Source: Oopsacas minuta (lineage: Eukaryota > Animalia > Porifera). Taken from it: a DNA stretch of 31,236 nt. This document shows, one piece after another, positions 22,641-31,236 of this stretch (position 1 is its first letter; each line of letters opens with the position of its first letter). The stretch is taken from NCBI GenBank assembly GCA_024704765.1, contig JAKMXF010000081.1:1-31236 (forward strand), read 5' to 3'. The notes under the pieces were generated by a model that was given only the letters and a program-made list of their open reading frames with translations, searched no databases and had not been told where the DNA came from. The position numbers were made by a program, and so were the translations under genes.

Positions 22641-23164
22641 TTATTCTAAATGGATTGACTATTGAAATTAGTAAGATGTACATTACTTATTAAGATTCAC
22701 CACCATCCAGGAGAGCCCAATAAGTCAGAGGATCTTCTTCGTCATATTCTGATACCACTTCACCATTCACATATATATCATACACCTTCTGCAAGCTAAG
22801 GATTGCATCCCCAATGTGCATTATATGTTGGGCGTTCTATCATATTAGAAATTCCCTAACTAGAAAACAGCTCAGGTCGGTCTTCATTGCGGTGGGATCG
22901 CGCCAGCTCCAAGTGCAATTCAGATCTTTGGGCTACAGGCATTTCCACTTATCTGGTTGGGGAGGTTATACCATTATTACGCTGTTCATTGTCCAATTCT
23001 TGGATTAATACTACATCAAGAATTATCAAAGCTTTTGAAGTTTTAGTTCTGGATAACAATCATAGATAAACAATAATCTATTTTTTGAGTGGGCCGGTTA
23101 AAATATTCTTCCTGGGCCGAATTATTAGCCACTCCATCCCTGGCGACAATCATCATTTCTTAAT

Positions 23165-23460
23165 TTTAGACGCTCAAAACTTCGACCTACCACGCGGGTC
23201 TCGAGGGGTTGGAATTGCGATGCCGTTAAGTAAAGGTTTGATGCCAACACAAACAATATAATGAAGTTTCATCATTCGAACACTTGGATTTAACTATCAG
23301 AACAGGCGAACAAACGATTAAATTGGTTGTCATCTACCACCTACTCCTTCTGCCAATAAACTAATCGTAGCGCTATTGCTTGAAGAATTCTCTGACTTAT
23401 TAGACTCATACAAAGCAGCCCTATCTAAACTCATATTCAAACAATCAACATACATCATGT
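23165..23460 (+). mobile_element. LINE apurinic-endonuclease domain fragment
   Basis: LPRGSRGVGIA...SSFEHLDLTIRTGEQTIKLVVIY...LLEEFSDLLDS, frameshifted. Confidence 0.65.
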
Positions 23461-23967
23461 TATCGTCACATTCTACATAAGTGTTAAACCCTTAGACTTT
23501 AAGAGCTGGGATATTTTGCGAGTTGATTTCATCTTTTTCCCTAATGTTTAGTAATAACTATTTTCGGTACTTTTCCTATCGCCGGTTTCTTCCTCGGCCT
23601 TGCCTATTCTCGAGGCTGTTTCCACAATATGCCCTCAACCACCACCGACGAACGGTACGTACATTTGTGCCAAAATGTATTGCGACACTTTTCTGCGTCT
23701 GCCCGGCTTTTAACATGCCTATTGCTTGATTACGCACTGCTAGACTAGCTTCTTTGACCATGGTATTAACTAATTGTGAAGACAATAGAAGATTGGCTCA
23801 AAATATGCACAAAAAGTTAATGAACTAGGAAAAGCTACCTACTAAATATAACTCCTGGTATATTAAAGTACAAATCAAGTGAAAAGCTAGATATTTAACA
23901 ATGTAAAAATACTATGGTAGCATTAGATCTCGAGAGATAGGGAGGGCATCAATTTCTTAACATCCTG
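23461..23967 (-). mobile_element. 5' fragment of a Tc1-like element related to the 1673-3009 family
   Basis: ORF 23576-23785 reads NQAIGMLKAG...VRRW...GRGR. End CAGGATGTTAAGAAATTGATGCCC with TA at 23968-23969. Confidence 0.75.
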
Positions 23968-25601
23968 TATATATATATTTTAGTATAAAATTCGTTTCAA
24001 TCAATAAGTCTTTCAGCATTAGAATTGCAGATACGGTTACAACATTTTAGAAGCCTCAATGTGGGATCCATTTCGCCAAATAATTGATTGTTATGCAAAT
24101 AGTTTGGCACATTCAACGAATATTTGCTTTTACGAATTCAAGCACTTGTCGTCAATCCATTTCTGAAATATATAACTATTTAATAATGCCCGACTTATTT
24201 ACACAATCCCTTTCCAGAAAAGGTTCATGCTATAGTTTCGTGTATACAATGCTTTTACACTGAAGATATGGTGATTTTGTACTTTAGGATTCAAGCCTCC
24301 GCAATCTTCCATCAAGGACTTGTCAAACACCATTGCCGAATTGGTTGGTAAGAATTCGGGACCACCTTTGACCGAATCGAAGCCAGATTCCAAAAATTGG
24401 AATCAAAAAATTTTGATCTGACTCAGAAAAATTTAGATTTAGAGAACAAGAATATAGAATGTGAAACTAAGATTTCAGACCTAGAGAGGCAACTACACAT
24501 CACTAATTCACAGAATTCATTAAACCACCAAAAATCGAACTCCTTGAGACTCAATTAACTAAAAAGAATCCCATATTTTAAATATTGGATTAGAGCTGGA
24601 AGAGATTAGAGAAAGGTACAACAATATATGTACCCCTCTTCATGGCGTCCGTACTGTCTTTACGAATTTATTTGATGACCATCCTCCTAACCAGATGTGA
24701 CAGACCCTCAGGTATGTTTATAGACTTATCACTCACCATTGTATTAGGTATACAGGGTTGGGCATAAGTTCTGCCACAATATTATAATTCAACCAAAAAT
24801 TATTCCATTAGTTATTTGTATCTGTCATTTAGTTCAATTTTTGTCATAATATATATTTTTCACTCTTTCCCTTAAATTTTGTATTATCTTATCCTTTTGA
24901 AGCGATAATTGGTCATGGAGCAAGAGAGGTCGAAAATCATTGAATTATTTCAAGCAGGAAAAAATCCGTCTGGAATCTTCAATCTTCTGAAATTCCCTAA
25001 TAGTAGAAGGAAGTTCATTACTCGAACTATTGAACGATAAGAAGTGACTGGTGGGATTACAGATAAACCAAGATCTGGCCGTCCACGGTTTGTACAACTC
25101 AAAGGCTTAAAAAAGCACTACGTCAACGAATTCTCCCAAATCCCCGCCGGTCAATGAGCAAAATGGCCAAGAGCTAAGAGTTTGACGTAGATCAATCGGA
25201 CGAGTTGTTAAATGGTTTGCATATGCGCCCTTTCAAGAGAAAGAGAGTCCATCACATCACCACCCTAGTGAAGGCAAATAGAACATCGAGGAGCAAGGGA
25301 CTGCTTAAGAGGAACGCGATCCATGGTCTCAAATCATTCCTCTTCTCAGATGAGAAATTATTCACCAGTGAAGAAGCAACGAACCCTCAAAATGATCGTA
25401 TCATCTCATCCTCAATTTCAACTATCCCAGAAGAACTTCGATATGTCAGCCGTATACAAAAGCCACTTTCAGTCATGGTTTGGGCGGGAATATCATCAAT
25501 TGGTCGGACACCACTCATATTCGTGCCTGCAGGCGTGAAAATCGACACTCAAACCTACCGTGAGCTTATTTTAGAACCTGTAATACAAGATCTCTCTAAA
25601 A

Positions 25602-27913
25602 CAGGAGTCAGCAACTTTATTTGAGTGCGGGCCATATAAACTCTTTTCATAGATGTGCTGGCCACTAGATGACTATTTTTTGATGTACATATATGGTGAA
25701 TATCCACTAATTCTACTAAAGTCCTTGAAAGAATTGATGTATCTATTTTAGCAGAAAATATGTATTATTTCCTGTTAGTACAAATTTCATAGCTATAATT
25801 AACACAGCTAACTAACATCTATAAATCACCATTTACTAAATACAGTATCTGATTACATTTAATGTGAGATTTGATAATTCTTGCACTCCGACACTGCCTT
25901 TGAAATATCCATCGAAAAATTGGTAGTAGATAATCGTAGGACTGCATCCAAATGGTCATCAGTTAGCCTGTTGCGAGAGTTGCTCTTAGCAACCTTCATC
26001 CTAGAAAACAATTGCTCACATGTATATGTGCTACCAAAAAGTGAAGCAATTTGTCTAGCATGCGATAATAATTGAGGGAACTGTTGAACGGGGAGATGTT
26101 TCTGATAAAACTCAAGTACTTCCACTTCTGACAATTTTGATTTGAGGATGGAATTTGTCTGCAATCCGATTAGCTCCATTTGAAGATGAGCTTCCACGTC
26201 GTTGACATTCGCAAGGAGCGGAGTGCCAAACAATGTGAGTGCATTTTTATGGGCGCGAATGTCTGAAAACCGCCTAGAAAATTCCACTTGCAATCAAAAA
26301 GAAAAGATATGTATTTTTTCAACTCAATAGGGTGGCTGTCAGCGAGTTTTGTAAAGTGAGAAATATTTGCATTTTGCAATTGCGACAGCCGAAGATTCAA
26401 CTTAAGATCAAATGCACAAATATGATCAAACAACACATTAATGAGTTGATTTTTACCTTGCAACTGAGTGTTCAACTTGTTTAGGTGACCACTAATATCC
26501 ACGAGAAATGCAAGATCACAATTCCAGGTTACATCGTTCAATTCTGGAAATTCTTTTCCATTGTCTGTCATAAAAATTTGAATCTCTTTTCGTATGTTGT
26601 AAAAGCGCTCAAGCATATCCCCCCTACTCAACCAGCGAATGTGACAATAATACAACGCATCCCCATCCCAATCATCCATTTCGGCTAAAAATGTCTTAAA
26701 TTGACGATGTTTGAGACCTCTTGATCGAATATAATTAACTATCTTAACCACTACTTTCATGACATCTTGGAAGCTGAAAGATTTTGCACAAAGTGCTTCT
26801 TGGTGAATAATGCAATGAGTTTTCACTAGCTTTTGAGGGAAACCAAATTCTGTAATTTCTTTTTCTATAAGTGACACCACTGCTCGTTTATCGCCAACCA
26901 TGGCCGGCGCACCATCAGTAGTTAATCCTGTAAGATTCGCCAATGACAAGTTATAATCACGAAGAACTCGATGTAAAGCTTCCAGCAAATCAGCTCCAGT
27001 CGTAGTGTCTTTCATGGGGACAAGACTAGCAAACTCCTCTGTTACATCAAAATTCTGACGAACACCTCTTACAAAGATGGCAAGTTGGGCTGTGTCAGAC
27101 ACGTCCGTACTTTCATCCATTGCAAGAGAATAATACTGAAAATGACTCGCTTGTTCTTTAAGATACCCTTTGATATTACTAGAAATTTCTTCTACTCTCC
27201 GCGTAACCATTCGTGCTGACAAACTAATGGCAGAGAATAGTGCCTTATTCTCAGGACAGAGAATTTCAATTGTTGTCTCAATACATTCTTTAATGAAATC
27301 ACCGTCCGAAAATGGTTTCAGCTTTTTTGCTAGAAGTGCGCTGATAGCAAAGCTAGAACGAGTGATGCTCATCTGCTCTGTAGTCAATTTTATTAAACTC
27401 ATCTGCTGTTCAGCTAATGACATTTCCAGTGTTGATATTTTGTCTATAAGCCCCTAAGACCTGTATACCTTGAATGTTCAGTATGTTTTGTCTCGTAATG
27501 CCGCTTTAAATTGTATTCCTTATTTGATGCCAATATTTGGTTGCAGATTAAACACAAGGGGTTATTTTGGAATTCAATAAAGAAGTATAGTTCTGTCCAT
27601 TTTTCTTTAAATACGCGATTTTTGGAGTCAATTTTTCTTTTCTTGCTACTACTACAAATGGACATGATGGTACGATACTGATGGAGTTTAATCGTTTAGT
27701 TATCTAATTAAAAATATTGTATAACAAATATAAAAGTAGGTATTGAAAAGGAATATTTTTGTGTTGGAAAATTTATGACAGTGATGAGCAGATTTCTAAT
27801 GCCATCAATGAATATATACGTAAGTAGAATATTATGGTGATATAATAAGGTTGTAGCCCATTCTTCGGCGGGCCATGAAATTGTTTTGGCGGGCCGTCAG
27901 TTGGCGACCTTTG
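25602..27913 (-). mobile_element. Full-length hAT transposon (Buster/SPIN, GTF2IRD2-like), 2312 bp
   Basis: 8-bp TSD CTCTAAAA (25594-25601 and 27914-27921); imperfect 15-bp TIRs CAGGAGTCAGCAACT / CAAAGGTCGCCAACT. Confidence 0.93.
25859..27665 (-). pseudogene. hAT transposase broken by two frameshifts
   Basis: ORFs 27444-27665 (BED finger CLIC...HYETKH), 26170-27423 (SLAMDESTD, TTDGAPAM, CIIHQEALC, RWLS) and 25859-26293 (FGSTYTCEQLFS). Confidence 0.92.
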
Positions 27914-28261
27914 CTCTAAAACTATGTTTTCTGGGAAACCTTTCGTATTCCAACAAGATGATACTCCAGCCCACACATATAATGCCACTCAGGCTTGGCT
28001 ACGAAACAATAATCCAGATTTTATTCAAAAGAAAGAATCGCCACCATACAGCCCCGATTTAAATCCAATGGATTATTCTATCTGGTCCATTTTGGAAACG
28101 AGGGCATGTTTGAAGTCTCACACCAATGTAGACTCCCTGAAAAAGTCTTTGTGTCGAGAATGGGAGAGAATACCTCAAGAAATACTCCGTGCCGCAGTAG
28201 AGGTCTTCCCTAAGAGACTAAAGGCTGTAATTGAAAGAAAAGGAGGAGACATCGAATAATC

Positions 28262-29028
28262 AACATATATCCGAGAGTTAGCGGACACACAGGTCCATAC
28301 CATCAAATATTTGGGGTTTTGCACCCGATTAACCAACTTTACTTCATCATTGAAGTTGTTAGATGATGGAGCGAGGATACGACCATTTTGGGAGTTATGT
28401 GCCTACTCAACTGTAAAACATTTCTCGTCTGAAAGTAGTATGTTATTCTCAGCACCCACTGCGAGCCGGGCTAGAAGTTTTTTCGATCTTTGAAATCTTT
28501 TCAGCCTTAGAGCTGGAGTTAGATGGTGTACTGTTTTGCCGTTTCAAAGACTTTAGTCCTAGGTCATTACGTACCACTGTTCCAACGGATTCGTGATTTA
28601 TTGAAAAATCACGAGTCATTTTTCTGATAGACGCCACTGATTTCGAGTAATCCGACTCGCTATCTTTGTCTTGAGCTGCGGGGTGGAAACTGATGTCGAA
28701 CGTCCATTTCTTTGGTGGTTTAGAACACAACCAGTATCCTTATATCGCTTGATGGTACGATAAACCAGATGCCGATTGACTAATTCATCCTTCAGGCGGC
28801 GTAAAATTTCTTTCTGAGACTTACCAGCCATAAATAATTCAATAATTCTTGATCGAATTGCCGCCATGGGCCGGGATTCTGAAGTTTGCATGAGAATTTG
28901 TATAATAAATGTATATTTCAACAAGATAACCTACGCAAACATTTAGCAACTGTTCAAAATATGGTTCGATAATAACTGTTGCTATTCCAGTGATATACTT
29001 TATGTGCCAGGACTTAATTGACATCCTG
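28262..29028 (-). mobile_element. 5' half of a second maT-type element in inverted orientation
   Basis: End CAGGATGTCAATTAAGTCCTGGCAC with TA at 29029-29030; MAAIRSRIIELFMAG...YKDTG; LSDEKCFTVE; YLMVWTCVS; truncated at about 28265. Confidence 0.85.
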
Positions 29029-29699
29029 TATTAATATGACCTTTAAGGTACATTGATGGTAGTTCTCTGAAATGCCCTTCAGAAATCATAATTGAATCTA
29101 TTGTTGTATTATGGAAAATATTTATCAAGATTGATGAGCATGAAACTCTTAGAAAACACTTCTATTCCTCGCCATCAAGAAAGGTAGTAATTCAGCTGAC
29201 TGAAAATATGTTGGTCGATAATTCTAGCAAGCATTGGAGAGATAATTGCAAGGACTGTGGTACTTCTGGCTGGACTATCCTCAGGAACATCCTTCGTGTA
29301 AGTACTAATTGCACATGAGCTAATACAGTTCGCAATGTCAACTCTGAAATCACATCTAGTAAGAATGATTCCCGGAAATTAAAGAAATTCAGATCTATTT
29401 AGAAGACATAATAGTTCGTGCTACCAAATCACTTAACAGTTTTTGTAATGATTTTGGTTTCCTATTCCTATACTATATTCATGTTGTTTCAGGCCTATTA
29501 TTATGTCATTATTTCAGGAATAAGCAATGATATGTTATGATACTAACATACTATATTTAAGTGACTTCTGTCTCATCCCTAGTCCAATTTCCAAGTAGAT
29601 TTCCAATAAAATAGGTACATTTATCGTTTTAAGTTCATAATTATTAATACATTGCAAAAACACGAATGCACTTGTTATTCATCCATGGCCCAGTTCTTC

Positions 29700-30520
29700 T
29701 TTGGTGTTTCCAGTCCTAATATTACGTAGTTCACGATCTTATGTACCAGTGGTGACAGACATGGGTATTCTGATTGCCTAACTTTCCAGAACATCAAAGG
29801 AATAATTGAAGGTTCTTCTGCACTAGTTCCTAAAAAGTCATTGAATTCTTGAATTCATGATTCTATATTTTACAAGTAGTAGTTAACAACTGGATACAAA
29901 TAAAAGTACTTTCCTCACTAGGTGAGATAAGTTGTTGAATTAGACAATATGTTGAAATAATATTCTGTATGGTAGGTATATTAGACATTTCAAGATGGTC
30001 AAATATTGTGTTGAAATTTTCGAAAAAGTCGACAATTTCATGTAACTGATGTGGTGATACAGCAATTAGACGGTGAGACATCCCTCGTTGTTTTAATATG
30101 CTTCGCAGTTTTTCATAATATAAACTGAAAGAATGATGAACTTCATAGAATGATCGCCATGGCCTAGTTGCACTATAGGACTTCATGGTTGTTGGTAAGT
30201 GATCAGGAGATATATCTGATCGATGTATAAATCCGCTAACATGTTTAATTGCTTTGTCAAACTCTTTTAAAGTATTATCATTATTAATACTATTGTACGA
30301 AGCATCAGTGAGAACTGTTGATATGCGATGTGCCATACACTGGTATCTTGATTCTTAATGGAGTGCAGCAACAATATTAGCAACAGCGTCAGATTTGATG
30401 GGCGTATCTCCGGAAGGTTTATTAAGGAGACTTGCCGCCAACTTTGTATTACGGTGTGGGCGATTTTCTAAAGTATATGCCATTCTACTTGTTTAAACAG
30501 AGCTTCGTGCCCACTTAAAC
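29700..30520 (-). pseudogene. Internally deleted hAT (Ac/hobo-like) transposase fragment
   Basis: KSDAVANIVAAL, CMAHRI (CxxH), TRPWRS, PTIQNI, and dimerisation-domain-like PLMFWK...YPCLS. Confidence 0.7.
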
Positions 30521-30559
30521 ACGTAATTGAAATTATGACCACGACAGCCTATTTTCCAA

Positions 30560-31098
30560 TTATATAACACTCTACTACCAATCAACAAGAAGAAGAACTC
30601 TATAATGCAATATTAACATCTTGTTCTCAAACCCGCCCAACCTATAGTCAACTAGCTCTTCTAATAATAAACAAACCCATAAAACTTATTTACACAATAC
30701 CTCTAGCTCCATTAAAAGCTCTCATTTCATACTCAAAACCACTGTAGGACATCCTTACATCCCTGATGTGGATCACGACGACATATGTAGAATATGTGAC
30801 CACTATAACCCCACAGTGCATTCAAAAATAAATACTCCAATAATACCTTGCGCTACTTATCGCATGATCTACGCATTGAGACACCCGACCACCCAACAGT
30901 TATGTATGTTGGCCAAGCAGGCGCAACTCGCCGAACTATTTTACAACGCCCTCATTTGCATAGAATCGCTCAACACTTTAATAAAATAACCAACTCACCT
31001 GGGAAATCCTTCAACTTATTCCCGCCCACTTCCGCACCCTACCAAAAACTGTCACTACCTTGGAGACAAAGTGGGCGGTAGGACTCAGAATTGGCTAA
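30560..31098 (+). mobile_element. 3' fragment of a Penelope-like retroelement (GIY-YIG endonuclease)
   Basis: CRICDH...CATYRMIYAL.HP and MYVGQAG..R...H..HFN, ETKW, across shifted frames. Left boundary is approximate. Confidence 0.6.
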
Positions 31099-31101
31099 TA
31101 A

Positions 31102-31236
<135 letters not shown>

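Larger units (their letters stand above)
24753..28259 (+). mobile_element. maT (DD37D) element split by a hAT insertion (parts 24753-25601 and 27914-28259)
   Basis: 5' end TA|CAGGGTTGGGCATAAGTTCTGCCAC; FSDEKLF..NPQNDR..VMVWAGIS. Removing the hAT rejoins QDLSK-TMFSGKPFVFQQD in frame. QQD to NPMD spacing is 37. No own 3' TIR found. Confidence 0.9.

Noticed and set aside
22800-23145. Possible hAT 3' end (GGGCC...ATCCCTG)
   Set aside because: No partner end, TSD or convincing transposase motif.

Overview
AT-rich eukaryotic DNA (probably an invertebrate animal; inferred from the transposon families and splice signals) made almost entirely of nested transposons and their relics, with no clearly recognisable host gene. 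The centrepiece (about 9.1-13.8 kb) is a tandem pair of RAG1-like/Transib-superfamily genes. One copy looks intact (11395-13523; probably 2 exons, 669 aa) and keeps an NBD-like N-terminus, the DDE triad and the C2H2 zinc ligands. The other is divergent, internally deleted and decayed (about 9125-10212) and ends in a CxxCxxxGHxxxx(C) tail. Each copy is followed by an RSS-like end (CACAGTG on the - strand; 10521-10527 and 13826-13832), and the two ends share a second motif at positions 28-35. I found no RAG2-like gene and no 5' terminal repeat. A short exon that may encode a Myb/SANT-like plus coiled-coil protein lies between the two copies. The rest of the window holds a Tc1-like element with complete TIRs, mariner and maT (DD37D) copies, a Merlin element with ~350-bp TIRs inserted in an L2/CR1-type LINE, a full-length hAT inserted in a maT element, other hAT relics, several MITEs, a Penelope-like GIY-YIG fragment, and (AC)n and (AAT)n microsatellites. 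All homologies were recognised by eye from motifs; no database search was run.
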